From Candidatus Latescibacterota bacterium (GTDB taxonomy: Bacteria; Latescibacterota; UBA2968): a stretch of 64,000 nucleotides of DNA. The notes below the pieces were generated by a model. It searched no databases and was not told where the DNA came from. It saw nothing but the letters and a program-made list of their open reading frames with translations. Positions 38,306 to 49,838 of this stretch are shown piece by piece (positions within the stretch are counted from its first letter, which is position 1; every line of letters starts with the position of its first letter). The position numbers and the translations under genes were made by a program. The stretch covers positions 1,408,001-1,472,000 of the forward strand of contig OZ240241.1 in assembly GCA_965198115.1 (NCBI GenBank), written 5' to 3'.

Positions 38306-38736
38306 ATGCCGAACCTGAATCAGATTCTGAAGGAAGAGATTGTGTTCGTATATCGAAGCGTGAAATTAACCAGCAGGTCAGACCTCTGAGGGGCCAGCTT
38401 GTGGAAATGAGGAAGACTGCCCGGGAACAGCGTCGCAGGATAGACCAACTCGAGAAGGAGCTGGCAGGAAAGGCTGACAAAGAGCGCGTGATCGCACCTC
38501 GAACCGTGAGCGAGGACGATGATGTTCGCGTTCCCCGAGGATCGGTTCGGAAACATCGTGAGCGTCTGGGAATTTCTCAGCGAGAGATGGCCCTGCTGCT
38601 TGACGTCTCGACGTTGACGGTGAGCAACTGGGAGACGGAAAAGACTTCACCCAGCGGGAAGAACAAACTCGGGTTTGCGGAGTTGAGGAAGATGGGTGTT
38701 CGGGAGGTGTGGGACCGCTTGGAACGGCTGGGGTAG
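38306..38736 (+). pseudogene. Coiled-coil + XRE-type HTH regulator, frameshifted near 38350
   Basis: MPNLNQILKEEI; RERLGISQREMALLLDVSTLTVSNWE. Confidence 0.7.
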
Positions 38737-38863
38737 GGATGAGGGATACGAATGGGTGGGTACCGCAGTGTAGTGCTTCTTGAGAACCGGAAGTGCACGG
38801 ATGTCGCCCTGATTGGCCAGCATCTGAGCATAGCCGACATGCTCGATTCAGGAAAGGCACACC

Positions 38864-39127
38864 ATGAAAGTCATCGGAGTTGAGACCCTTCGAGCCGACC
38901 GGTTTAACTATGTCAGGATCGAGACGGATGAGGGGATCAGCGGCGTCGGTGAACTGCATCCGGCCAGCGGTACTGGAGGCACCCCGTTTTTGCCGATTGC
39001 GGGGGTCGAATATTGTGCCGAATACCTGATTGGCAAGAATCCTTTGCATATCGAACGCCACTGGCAGCACATGTTCAGGCGTTGTTTATTCCGTGGCGGG
39101 GCGGATGTCATGGCGGCGATCGGAGCG
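38864..39127 (+). pseudogene. Mandelate racemase/galactonate dehydratase-like N-terminus truncated by IS256
   Basis: VRIETDEGISGVGE, LIGKNPLHIERHWQ. Confidence 0.85.
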
Positions 39128-40501
39128 GAGCTATAATCAAAAGGTGTGGAAAAAGAGAAAGGGCGACCCTACCCTTCCCGTGAGATAGTTGATTCACACA
39201 AAACCGGGTGAGAGGCCCGGTTGGGAAGGAGGATCGCCGTGAAGGAACATACGCATAGAGCCCCATTGAAGTCCATGCCGACGTGGGAGACGGTTGACGA
39301 TTGGATCCGTGAAGAGATCCAGGGCCGGTTCCAGTCCATTCTGGAGGAGGAGGCGACCGCGTTCTTGGGCCGGTCGTGGTATGAGCGCCGAGCCGAGGTC
39401 GATAGCTCCACGGGCTACAGGAACGGCTACGGCAAGCCCCGGCGTCTCTCGACGAGCTGCGGAACGATCAAGGTCCGGCGTCCCCGGGTTCGTGGTCTGG
39501 AAGAGCGGTTTGAAAGCCGCATCCTCCCCCTGTTCGCCCGGAGAACCAGGGCCATTGGAGATCTGCTTCCCGACCTTTATCTCCACGGTCTCTCCCAGGG
39601 CGACTTCGAGTTGTCTTTGCGTGCGCTGCTCGGTGATGGCGCGCCGCTTTCGCCGACCTCGATCGCTCGTCTTCGAGGGAAGTGGGAGGTCGACTTCCAG
39701 GACTGGAAAGAAAGGCGTCTGGATAATCGCGAACTGGTCTACGCCTGGGCTGATGGCATCTACGTCAAAGCCGGGCTCGAGCGCGAGAAGGCGTGTCTGC
39801 TGGTCGTGATCGGCGCGATGAGCGACGGCAGCAAGGAGATCCTGGCGATAGAACCCGGTTATCGAGAGTCTACAGAATCCTGGCTCACGGTGCTCCGGGA
39901 TCTCCGGGATCGCGGGCTCGAACATCCTGTCCTGATCGCCGCGGACGGGAATATGGGCATCTGGGCGGCCGTTGATCAGGTCTGGCCAGAGAGCCGGCAA
40001 CAACGGTGCTGGAACCACAAGATCCTCAACGTGCTCGACAAGGTCGCCAAGCGTGCACAGGCTGAAGCCCGCGCACTGCTCGTCCAGATCCCCTATGCCG
40101 GCACGAAAAAGGAGGCCGAGAAGCTCCGGAAACGCTTTGCCGCACGGTATCGCTCACAGTTCCCTGCCGCCGTGGAGACGCTCGAAAGAAACTGGGATCG
40201 GATGGTCACGTTCTACGACTTCCCGAAGGAACACTGGAAACACCTGAGAACCACGAACGTCGTCGAGAGCCCCTTTGCTTCCGTTCGGCTTCGCACAAAC
40301 GCCGCCAGGCGATTCAAGAAAGTCAGGAACGCCACGACTCTCATCTGGCGTACGCTCAAGGTCGCAGAGAGCCGATTCAGGAAACTCACCGCGCCACACT
40401 TGCTACAACAAGTCTACGATCAGAAACACTCAACCGGACCGCAGGTCGAAACCGGGAAGATGGCCGCCTGATTTCTTTTACACACCTATTGACCTGAACT
40501 C
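39128..40501 (+). mobile_element. IS256-family element type A, copy 3 (transposase 39221-40471); no TSD
   Basis: Near-identical to copy 2; flanks TCGGAGCG / GGGAAGAC do not match. Confidence 0.95.
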
Positions 40502-40799
40502 GGGAAGACCCAGGAAGTATGATCGCGTGGTTTCCTTACCAAAAGTGCCCGAAGATGTAAAGGAAGTTTTGAGGGCCCGCGCCGAGGCCGAGGGGATGAC
40601 GCAGACAGATTTGCTGATTAACCTAATACTGACACTTCAGGTGTAGGTTGTAGGAATCCACCCAAGACGGTAGGAAAGGAACTCAGCCCCCGGTCGAACG
40701 ATCGGGGGCCTTTCCTTTTTCAGACAGCTATCCCTGCTTAGGACCGTTCCCTGTAGCCTGGCGGAAGATCACTTGGCAGGGGGGATCTCATTGCCACCG

Positions 40800-41289
40800 G
40801 GCAAGCGGGGGTCGGTGAAGCGCGCCCTGCAAGACGCGTTCAAAGCCGAAGATCCTGAACTAGCCGAGCGTATGCTGAAGAATCTGGCGCGGAGCCTGGA
40901 CGAGCAGCACCCCGGCGCGGCCGCCTCGCTCCGCGAAGGGCTCGAGGATCTGCTGACGGTCAAACGCCTGGGCCTCGGTGGATCTTCCCTGGAGCGCACC
41001 CTTTCGAGCACGAACGTCATCGAAAACCTGATCGGACAGATCCGCCAACTCTCAGGCCGCGTCAAGCGATGGAAGAGCGGCCGCATGATCCTGCGCTGGA
41101 GCGCCGCCGGTGCCTTGGAAGCCGAACGGGGCTTCCGGCGACTCAAGGGCTACCGCCAGATGACCAAGCTTGTGGTCGCCCTTCAGACGCACGATACCGC
41201 TCTCGACGGGAATGTTGAAGGACGCGCTGCAGCCGCCTGAAACCATCACATGCCGCTGTCCAATTTCAACAGCGAAAAAGACATTGCCC
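40800..41289 (+). mobile_element. IS256-family type C 3' remnant with right end
   Basis: HPGAAASLREGL, LSSTNVIEN, RVKRW, FRRLKGY; end AATTTCAACAGCGAAAAAGACATTGCCC. Confidence 0.8.
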
Positions 41290-41381
41290 GATCCTCCTTC
41301 CCAGCCGGGCTGCAAACCGGTTTCTCTGTGAAATAACTAACTCACGGGAAGTGTAGGGTCGCCTTTTCTCTATTTCCACAC

Positions 41382-43727
41382 TTAATGACTATAGCTCGCC
41401 GTCAGTTTGATATTGCGACCGGGTGAGTATGTAGTGACATCATTCCCATCGCTATCTACGATAATGCTGCGCTTGCTGTAGAGCGTATCGAACGCGTTTT
41501 CAGCTCGCACCTGTAGTGAAAGGTTCTGATTGAATCGGTACGAACCAAAGATGTCGTAAATTGTATAACCGGCCCGTCGTCTCTCTACACCCCGCTGGAT
41601 GAATTTTCTCTCTGCACGACTTGTCATATCAAGACCTACCCGAGCTTTACCGCCGAAAAGATACGTTCCCACAGTGGCATTAAGACTGGGAGGGTTAATA
41701 TTCGCTAGCTTAATACCCTCACCGTCTTTACCGTCCGTAGTTTGTGCAGTAACAGCAGCAAATCCCATAAAGCCTGCATAGTTTAACGAGAGTTCAAAGC
41801 CGCCAATCTGTGCCTCATCGATGTTGGTGTATTGCCTGACTTCGACGAGGTCATCAGACCCATCGCCATCAATATCAGCCTTATACTCATCTATGGTTGT
41901 CAAGGCAATGAGATTGTCAACGGTATTGTTGTTATAGCCGAACTGGAAACTCAACTCATCGCCCGCGCGGAGCAGGCTTGTTTGGCCAAAGCGGAAACCA
42001 GTCTCCCAACTGGCGCTGGCCTCTCCTTTGAGATTGGGGTTGGGTGTGATTTCACTGCAACTACTGCGTCCGCACGAGGGTTCGCCATTGTTCCTGTAAG
42101 CTTCGTGTACAGAGGGCGAACGAAAACCCCTGCCGGCCACCCCATAAAAGCTCAGACCACCTGCACTCCCATGTTCAAAAGGTCTCCAGGTTACGTGTAA
42201 TTTGGGAGATATTGCAGCTTCTGTGCTAGAGCCTTGCGTGGGATGGCTATTTTCAAAGCGGTCGTAGCGCACACTCCCCACCAGCGCTAGGCCGTCGCCA
42301 ACGGCTATACCGTCGCTCGCATAAATACCGTACTGCGTCCGCTGGCGGCGTATATCGTCATAGGCCGTTAGTATATCATCATCAGTGTAGTCCAGGCCGT
42401 AGCGGACTTCGTGGACGACGTCGGCCCCTTGTTGCAAGGTACTGACGTTCTCCAGTTCGAAATAGCCAGTATCCACCCCCCAGATATCGTGCTCCGTTTC
42501 GCCTACTACCAAGCGGTCCCGTTCAACTTTGTTGTAACTGAAACGAGCGTTGAGGTTCAGCAATGGCCTGTTTTCAGGGTTCAGCTTGTATTCCGCCGAC
42601 CAAGTTCTGTCCTCAACCGAGGTGTCGGCTGGATCGAGATACGCACCGCTGCCGGTGGTCGTGCGAGCCGTGTAATTCTTATCCAAACCAACATAACTTA
42701 ACTCGAGGCGCTGGCCGTCGTCAACATTGTAGACGCTTTTTAACAACAAATTAGCGCCTGTCGCCCCGGTCGAGCCCAAAAGTGCCTGCAAGCCGTCGCC
42801 GTCTTTATATGCGTCCGTGTTCCTCTTTACAAATGCCCCTGAGACAGCCAGTTTATCAGTAGCCTGATAGGCACCGTCAACGCTATTATAATAGCTCGCG
42901 CCATTGCTCTCATATCCGCTTCGGACATTCAAGCCCCAGCGTTTACTCCCTTTGATCACGTCTTCAGGGTCTTTGGTCTCCAGCAGAACTACGCCACCCA
43001 ACGACCCGTTCCCGTAGATATTTGAGGCAACGCCGGGAACGACGGTAATACCTTTGTACATATCCGGCTCCAGCCAGATGGTATTGGCACCACCATGCCG
43101 TACTTGGTTGAAGTTTTTGGGAGCACCTTCGACCCGTAGGCTGACTTGGTCGCCGGTAAAACCGCGCACGTATACGAGGCTGCCTTGTTGGCCGCCTTCT
43201 TCGTCCACCTGTACGCTCGTCGTTTTTCTCAGGGCATCGGCCAAGGTACTGGCTTGTTGGGCGCTTATGTAGCCGGCGGCGATTAGTTGCGCACCTTCAG
43301 AAACACCCACTCTCCGGCTTTGAACCTCTTGCACTTTATCCACCCCAAATACCTCTACGGCCTCCAGATAAATCGGCCGCTGTTCCATGGTTATAGCGAG
43401 CTGGGTCACTTGGCCGGCCTCAACTCTTACCTTCCGTTCGACGCGATCATAACCTATAAAGGTGGCTACTAGAGTGTACGAGCCGGCCGGCACCTGACGG
43501 AGGACGAAGGTCCCCTCGGTAGAGGCCACGGCGCCTAATTTAGCCCCCTTTAAGACAATATTCGTTCCAGGCATCGGCAGGTTCTGGGCGTCGACCACGC
43601 GGCCTTCTAGGTACCCGGTTTGTACTTGGGCCAATGCCAACGAGCCGTTGAATAGCATTGCGCAGACTAAAGAGAAAACGACAAGAACCGCGCTCTTCTC
43701 CCTGTGCATTCGCGTAAAACCATCCAT
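41382..43727 (-). CDS. TonB-dependent receptor (heme/iron type) with N-terminal carboxypeptidase-regulatory-like domain
   Basis: Signal peptide, GRVVD...PGTNI, plug VYVRG, YGNGSLGGVV, FRSP and NPNL motifs, C-terminal PGRNIKLTASYSH. Confidence 0.9.
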   Translation of the reverse strand: MDGFTRMHREKSAVLVVFSLVCAMLFNGSLALAQVQTGYLEGRVVDAQNLPMPGTNIVLKGAKLGAVASTEGTFVLRQVPAGSYTLVATFIGYDRVERKVRVEAGQVTQLAITMEQRPIYLEAVEVFGVDKVQEVQSRRVGVSEGAQLIAAGYISAQQASTLADALRKTTSVQVDEEGGQQGSLVYVRGFTGDQVSLRVEGAPKNFNQVRHGGANTIWLEPDMYKGITVVPGVASNIYGNGSLGGVVLLETKDPEDVIKGSKRWGLNVRSGYESNGASYYNSVDGAYQATDKLAVSGAFVKRNTDAYKDGDGLQALLGSTGATGANLLLKSVYNVDDGQRLELSYVGLDKNYTARTTTGSGAYLDPADTSVEDRTWSAEYKLNPENRPLLNLNARFSYNKVERDRLVVGETEHDIWGVDTGYFELENVSTLQQGADVVHEVRYGLDYTDDDILTAYDDIRRQRTQYGIYASDGIAVGDGLALVGSVRYDRFENSHPTQGSSTEAAISPKLHVTWRPFEHGSAGGLSFYGVAGRGFRSPSVHEAYRNNGEPSCGRSSCSEITPNPNLKGEASASWETGFRFGQTSLLRAGDELSFQFGYNNNTVDNLIALTTIDEYKADIDGDGSDDLVEVRQYTNIDEAQIGGFELSLNYAGFMGFAAVTAQTTDGKDGEGIKLANINPPSLNATVGTYLFGGKARVGLDMTSRAERKFIQRGVERRRAGYTIYDIFGSYRFNQNLSLQVRAENAFDTLYSKRSIIVDSDGNDVTTYSPGRNIKLTASYSH

Positions 43728-43884
43728 AATCTTTCCCCTCCTTCTTGGGTGAAGTTCTTGGGTGAAGGGTGACGAGTTCACTTTCGGGTGTCGTCATTTT
43801 TGGGCGAGGAAGCGGCAACCATCTGTGCGCGGGCCGCCCCCACCTCGTCGGGTAGGTGTTTCGAGTGCTTGGATACCGCGCCGA

Positions 43885-44892
43885 TCACCGAGCCGAGAAC
43901 CGCCGGTCGATTTGCGCCGCGGTGCTTGGGCCGCCGTGATGGTGCGTGGGCCGACCAAATCCTATCTCGCCGAGGGTGCCGGCAATCACCAGCCAGGCTA
44001 CCCCGGCGGCGATACTGAGCCCTGCCACACCCAACAGGCGCGTCGGCCGGATTTGCAACCACATGATCAGGCCCGACACGGCCCAGAAAATCAGGGTGAA
44101 GGCCGTGGCGTCGGCGAGCAGGGTCCACAGCCAACGCGGCCCGATTTGGTCCGGGTACATTTTTAACTGATGCAGGCGGGTAACAGCCTCGCGGAGACTA
44201 AAACCTGTTCCGGCGCCCGCTTGGCGGCCGTCGAGCGTCCCATTTATCAGATTATACGTCGCGTGCCAGTCACGCCCGTCTTCGTCCCGCAGCGCGAATT
44301 GTAGCACGGGTGCCGGACGTGTCCGTATGCGAGCAGGTCCCGTCGCTTCTAATCCGGCGTCGGCGAGTAGCTCGACCGATTTATCACCGACGGCAGTAAA
44401 GTTCGGCGCGTCGATATGCACGGGCTGACCAGCGAAGGGCGGTGGTTCGGGTACCGGGGCCTCGGCAGTCGTCTCAATCCGAGCGCTGCCGTCGGTGAGG
44501 TTTATGCGCACAGTGTGTTGAGCACCGGCACCGGAAAATTGTACGCTGAACCGCCCCGTGAGCCGGGCGGTGGCCTCCTCAACTATAGCGAAACTGCCGC
44601 CACTGCCGTCGTTGAGTTGGGCGACGATTTGGCGAGCGAGTTCCTCGGTGTCAAGCGCCACGAATCCCGTCGTGGCCTGCACAGCTTCGACGTTAGCGTA
44701 GTGGACAATATCGCGCGATGATGCCCAGTTCGGGTGGTTGAAAAACAGCCCACTGACACCGAATAACAGCACCCACGGTAGCAGCAGCAGACCAGCATAG
44801 AGGTGCAGTCGGCGTACGAATTTGAGTGCCTTGGGCTTCCAGCACCGTCGCCTGGTAGCACTGGCCCCTTCCTTTTTTTCAACGTGCATCAC
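43885..44892 (-). CDS. PepSY-associated TM-helix protein
   Basis: RRLHLYAGLLL...SGLFFNH; RLH...SGLIMW; upstream of the TonB receptor. Confidence 0.75.
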   Translation of the reverse strand: MMHVEKKEGASATRRRCWKPKALKFVRRLHLYAGLLLLPWVLLFGVSGLFFNHPNWASSRDIVHYANVEAVQATTGFVALDTEELARQIVAQLNDGSGGSFAIVEEATARLTGRFSVQFSGAGAQHTVRINLTDGSARIETTAEAPVPEPPPFAGQPVHIDAPNFTAVGDKSVELLADAGLEATGPARIRTRPAPVLQFALRDEDGRDWHATYNLINGTLDGRQAGAGTGFSLREAVTRLHQLKMYPDQIGPRWLWTLLADATAFTLIFWAVSGLIMWLQIRPTRLLGVAGLSIAAGVAWLVIAGTLGEIGFGRPTHHHGGPSTAAQIDRRFSAR

Positions 44893-45529
44893 TGCTCCAT
44901 CTTCGATTTCAGGTTTTTACAGGAGAGGAGGTCCATCCAATTTTTACTGAACAAAAGGGCCTATACACATCCCCCGGTACATACTGGTTTGGTTCATATC
45001 GGCTCTGCGTTCTCGACGGGGCTATTGGCGAAGTGCTGGCAGGCGCACCGAGGACAATCGCCATCGAACACCCGTCACTTGAGCCGCACGTGCAGGTCGG
45101 CGTGGCGCTCGTGCCCCAACTCAACCGGGGCTCTTGCCCGCGGCCCCCTCCAGCTCCATCAGACATTCCATGCGCGCCGCGACCTCCTGGACGCTCCGGT
45201 TCAAGGCGAGAAACTCGGAGCAGGTCATGCCGATGTTGACGTTCTGGTACACCAGGTGGACCCCGCCCGCGTCACAGCGATAAATCGCTATCCATCGACG
45301 GGAGTTTCCGAAATTGCATCCATCATCGTGGTCCCTTTCCGTAATCCGCGCGCTGGGGGGCTCGCTCCAGGCATGGCGATTGATTCCACAATCAACTGAT
45401 CTGTATGCCAAACATAAGATTTGACAGACAATCATATAAATTAAATTAAAACGATAGTTTGGCAAGACAATTAAATGAATGTCTCATCAAACACTGCCGG
45501 TCAAGATTGTCAAACATTTTCTCGGCCGA

Positions 45530-46335
45530 TGTCTGGCCCCCTGGATTGTTCCCATTCCTAAAGTTAGGATATGGGACCTAGAAAGGGGGCCATATGGCCA
45601 GGAAGCGTTACACCGCAGAGCAGATTATCGGTCATCTTCGGCAAGCTGAAATACGTATCTCCGAGGGTAAGACGATTCGCCGAAGTCGTGCGTGAGCTTG
45701 GCATCAGCGAACAGACCTACTACCGGTGGCGTAAGGAATACGGCGGTATGGAGGTCAATCAGGCGCGTCGGCTCAAGGAGCTCGAGCAAGAGAACGGGCG
45801 TCTGAAACGTCTTGTGGCCGACCAGGCTCTGGATATCTCGATTCTCAAGGAGGTGTCCCGGGGAAACTTCTGAGCCCGACGCGGCGACGGGAGGCGGTTG
45901 TTCACGTGCGTGAGACACTGGCCGTCTCGGAGCGTCGGGCGTGCCGTGTGCTGGGTCAGGTGCGCCGTACCCAGCGATACACGCCCACGGTAGCCGATGA
46001 TGAAGGAGTTCTGACTGCGAACGTCGTATCTCTGGCCACTGAGTATGGGCGGTATGGCTACCGCCGTATCACGGCCCTCCTCAGAACCGATGGCTGGCGG
46101 ATGAACCACAAGCGTGTGGAGCGTATCTGGCGGCAGGAAGGGCTGAAAGTGCCGGCTCGCCAGCCCAAACGCGGCCGACTGTGGTTCAACGACGGCTCCT
46201 GCATCAGGCTACGGCCTGAGCATCGCAACCACGTCTGGGCCTACGACTTCGTGTTCGACAGGACGCGTGAAGGCAGGCCGTTGAAGTGCCTGACGGTTGT
46301 GGATGAATACAGCCGCGAGTGTCTGGCGATTCGAG
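45530..46335 (+). mobile_element. IS3-family element, 3'-truncated; orfA (45594-45873) frameshifted
   Basis: GISEQTYYRW, GGGAAAC slippery site, RYGYRRI, NHVWAYDFV, VVDEYSRE. Confidence 0.9.
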
Positions 46336-46775
46336 CCAGATTTGCCTGACGTAGTTGCCGAGATGGAAGAGATTGGCGAACTACTCAGCCAGGCAAGGAG
46401 AGCGGGCCCCATTGGGCATATGGAGTCGTGAACAGGGCAGCGGGCTCGGGGTCACAGGTAGTAGGGTCCTCCTTGAGCGCCCCTGAGGTCCTCCCTCCCT
46501 CCTGACCGCATTCGCCATCTACTCGTATCGTGGCTCGATGAGGCTGAGCCGAAGCGCCCCCGCCGGCAGTTTTCCACAGTCTCCGGTGGCCGAAACGGAA
46601 TTTGCCTCACTGAGCAATGTGAATCACTTCCTACGAGCTATGTAGCCGCGACGGGGAGGTGCCCGTTTTTGGTCAGCGATCTGCGAGAGGCGGCCCTGAT
46701 CAGTAGACTGCGTCATCGCCACCGGGTGTGGGTGGCTCGGGAAACCGTCAGATACAACGCGAGCGAGGATGAGGA

Positions 46776-48233
46776 ATGTTTGAACAAGCCTTCAAGAATA
46801 TTGACGACGCCCTTAGGAAAGAAGCGGGCTGCACAACGGAACTCGACTATACCGAGCAGACTTCGTGGCTACTGTTCCTGAAATACCTCGATGGGCTGGA
46901 GCAGGATTTGGCAGATGAGGCCGCGCTGGATGGTAAGGACTACAGCTACATCCCCGATGAATCGTACAGATGGGAAACGTGGGCCGCCCCCAAAGGCAAG
47001 GACGGCAAGCTCGATCACAACACAGCCATGACCGGTGACGACCTGTGCGACTTCGTTGACCAGAAGCTCTTCCCGTACCTCCAGAGCTTCACGCAGAGGG
47101 CCACCGGGCCGAACACCATCGAGTATAAAATCGGTCAAATCTTCGGCGAGATTAAGAACAAGATTCAAAGCGGCTACAACATGCGCGAGATCATCGATCA
47201 CATCGACGGTCTGCGCTTTCGTTCGCAGGCCGAGAAGCACGAGCTTTCGCACCTCTACGAAGCCAAGATCAAGAACATGGGTAACGCTGGTCGTAACGGC
47301 GGCGAGTATTACACGCCGCGTCCACTTATCCGTGCCATTGTTCAGGTTGTACAGCCGAAGCTCGGCGAGACCATCTACGATGGCGCGGTCGGCTCGGCAG
47401 GCTTCCTGTGCGAGTCGTACGATTACCTCAAGAATACTCATCCGAAGCGCACCACTACGCAGGACCGACTCCTACAGGACGGCACCTTCTACGGCAAGGA
47501 AAAGAAGTCACTCGCCTACGTCATCGCAATCATGAATATGATCCTGCATGGCATCGAAGCACCCAATATCCTGCATACAAACACACTCACCGAGAACCTT
47601 GCAGACATTCAGGAAAAGGACCGTTACGACGTAGTGCTGGCCAACCCACCCTTTGGTGGCAAGGAGCGGAAAGAGGTTCAGCAGAACTTCCCCATCCGCA
47701 CAGGGGAAACTGCCTTCCTCTTCCTTCAGCACTTCATCAGGATGCTCAAGGCTGGCGGGCGCGCGGGCGTGGTCATCAAGAACACTTTTCTATCCAACAC
47801 CGACAACGCTTCGACGAGTCTGCGCAAGCTGTTGCTGGAAAGCTGTAACTTACACACGATACTCGACTGCCCGGGCGGCACGTTTATCGGCGCGGGCGTG
47901 AAGACCGTCGTGCTCTTCTTCGAGAAAGGTGCACCCACGCGCAAGGTCTGGTTCTACCAACTCAATCCCGGTCGCAACATGGGCAAGACCAACCCGCTAA
48001 ACGACGACGACCTTACCGAGCTCGTGAAGCTGCAAAAAATCCACGCCGACTCCCCCAAGAGTTGGAGCGTAGACGCCGTGGATATTGACCCGACGACCTT
48101 TGACCTATCCGTAAAGAACCCCAACGGGGGTGAGGAAGTCGCGCACCGTAGTCCGGGTGTCATCATAGACGAGATTGCCGCGCTGGACGCCGAGAGTGCG
48201 GGGGTGTTGGAGACAGTTCGAGGATTGCTTTGA
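46776..48233 (+). CDS. hsdM: Type I restriction-modification methyltransferase subunit
   Basis: GEYYTPR, DGAVGSAGFL, NPPF. Confidence 0.92.
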   Translation: MFEQAFKNIDDALRKEAGCTTELDYTEQTSWLLFLKYLDGLEQDLADEAALDGKDYSYIPDESYRWETWAAPKGKDGKLDHNTAMTGDDLCDFVDQKLFPYLQSFTQRATGPNTIEYKIGQIFGEIKNKIQSGYNMREIIDHIDGLRFRSQAEKHELSHLYEAKIKNMGNAGRNGGEYYTPRPLIRAIVQVVQPKLGETIYDGAVGSAGFLCESYDYLKNTHPKRTTTQDRLLQDGTFYGKEKKSLAYVIAIMNMILHGIEAPNILHTNTLTENLADIQEKDRYDVVLANPPFGGKERKEVQQNFPIRTGETAFLFLQHFIRMLKAGGRAGVVIKNTFLSNTDNASTSLRKLLLESCNLHTILDCPGGTFIGAGVKTVVLFFEKGAPTRKVWFYQLNPGRNMGKTNPLNDDDLTELVKLQKIHADSPKSWSVDAVDIDPTTFDLSVKNPNGGEEVAHRSPGVIIDEIAALDAESAGVLETVRGLL

Positions 48234-48430
48234 AGGAGGCGTGGCAAATCGAGACTTTGGCTAAGGTGTGCGATATTAAGCCCCCAAAGTCAGAGGCGCG
48301 TGAGCGAGTCGCTCCGTCCTCATTGGTGACATTCGCACCAATGGGGGATTTGGGAATCGACCAAAAGTTCTTGAAGCCGTCGCAGGTGAAACCGCTCGCG
48401 TCGGTGATTGGCAGCTACACTTATTTTTTC
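48230..48430 (+). pseudogene. hsdS: Type I R-M specificity subunit N-terminal stub
   Basis: Overlaps the hsdM stop; WQIETLAKVCDI...GSYTYF, then unrelated sequence. Confidence 0.7.
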
Positions 48431-48740
48431 CACCCGAAGAACACAAGCCGGAGAATCGTTCCGAGTGTGCCTGTTGAGCAGCCGGCAAGAAATAAACGCT
48501 GTGAGCTCGAGCCCTACCGATTGTCATCAATGTGGCGTAGCCATAGCCTCCAGGAAGCTACCGATCTCGTTCCCGAGCAGGGCCACAGTCCTCGGGTTTC
48601 TACACATCTGTGTCCATCTGTGCCTGTCCTGAGTGCGAGCCGCACAGGCGGCTCGTGTATCGAAGGGTTCATTTGTGGTTCCAAGGGTTTTGACGTATTT
48701 ATCCGCACGCAAAAACGTCAAACCATCAGGAGATCCACCA

Positions 48741-49667
48741 ATGCTGCATCGAACCTTCGGGAAAACCGGATTCGACATCTCGGCCGTCGGCCTCGGCACC
48801 TGGAACATCGGCAACCAATGGGGCGAAACAGACGACGGGAACGCCTTCAGCACGATTCGAGCCGCTTTCGACCACGGCGTCACCCTCTTCGACACAGCGG
48901 AAAACTATGGCATCCCGGGTGGGATGTCGGAGGAGCGCCTCGGAATGGCGCTCGCCGGCATTCGCCATCGCGTCACCGTCATCAGCAAAACCGGCAACTG
49001 GGGTCGCAGAATCGGCCGTCTGATCCCACGCGAGTACCCTGACACGATTCGCGTCTGCGTCCACGCCTCCCTCCACCGCCTCCGCACGGATTGGCTCGAC
49101 GTCGTCCTCTGTCACGAGGGGGAGATCGAAGATCCAGGGGTCTACATCGAAGGTTTCGAAATCCTGCTTCAGGAAGGAAGGATTCGCGCCTACGGCATCT
49201 CGACCAACAACCTGGACGTTTTGAAGCGCTTCAACGCCAACGGCCGCTGCAGCGTCGTTCAGGTCGACTACTCGCTATTGAACCGGAAACCCGAAGCGGA
49301 GTTTCTCCCCTATTGTCAGGAGAACAACATCGGCGTGATGATCCGGGGCCCGCTCGCGAAGGGATTGCTGTCTGGCCGTTACGAGAAATCGACAGTGTTC
49401 ACAGACAACATTCGAAATGCGTGGCACGATAACGGGGAGGCACAGGCCAAATTCGAAGCCGAGATCGACCGGGTCAACAAGCTGAAGTCGATGGCCAACC
49501 CCGGTCCCGAGATGGTCCAGATGGCGCTGCGCTATGTCATCTCCCATCCCGCAGTCTCGGTCGTCATCCCCGGCGCCAAATCCCCGGAACAGGCTGCAAC
49601 GAACGCAGCCGCCGGCTCCGAAGCCCTCGACGAAGCCACCATCGAAAAACTGAAAGCCTTGACGTAA
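48741..49667 (+). CDS. Aldo/keto reductase
   Basis: GLGTW, FDTAENYG, SLHRLRTDWLD, GPLAKGLL, VIPGAKS; AGGAG RBS. Confidence 0.92.
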   Translation: MLHRTFGKTGFDISAVGLGTWNIGNQWGETDDGNAFSTIRAAFDHGVTLFDTAENYGIPGGMSEERLGMALAGIRHRVTVISKTGNWGRRIGRLIPREYPDTIRVCVHASLHRLRTDWLDVVLCHEGEIEDPGVYIEGFEILLQEGRIRAYGISTNNLDVLKRFNANGRCSVVQVDYSLLNRKPEAEFLPYCQENNIGVMIRGPLAKGLLSGRYEKSTVFTDNIRNAWHDNGEAQAKFEAEIDRVNKLKSMANPGPEMVQMALRYVISHPAVSVVIPGAKSPEQAATNAAAGSEALDEATIEKLKALT

Positions 49668-49838
49668 AGAAGCCTCTGGCCGAATACGCTCACCCTGAGT
49701 GACCTCACTGCCCTCCGCATCCGCGCTAAGCAAACGAAAGTTTCTGTCACAGGTTGTATCGAAGGGCGAGCTGGATAGGGCGAGACCCGGAAGTCACCGA
49801 ACAAGCGTTAGCCAGAGTACAGCCAATACGAGGATTGA

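Noticed and set aside
46410-46530. Possible IS110-type non-coding end
   Set aside because: Only a vague resemblance and no transposase nearby; cannot be supported
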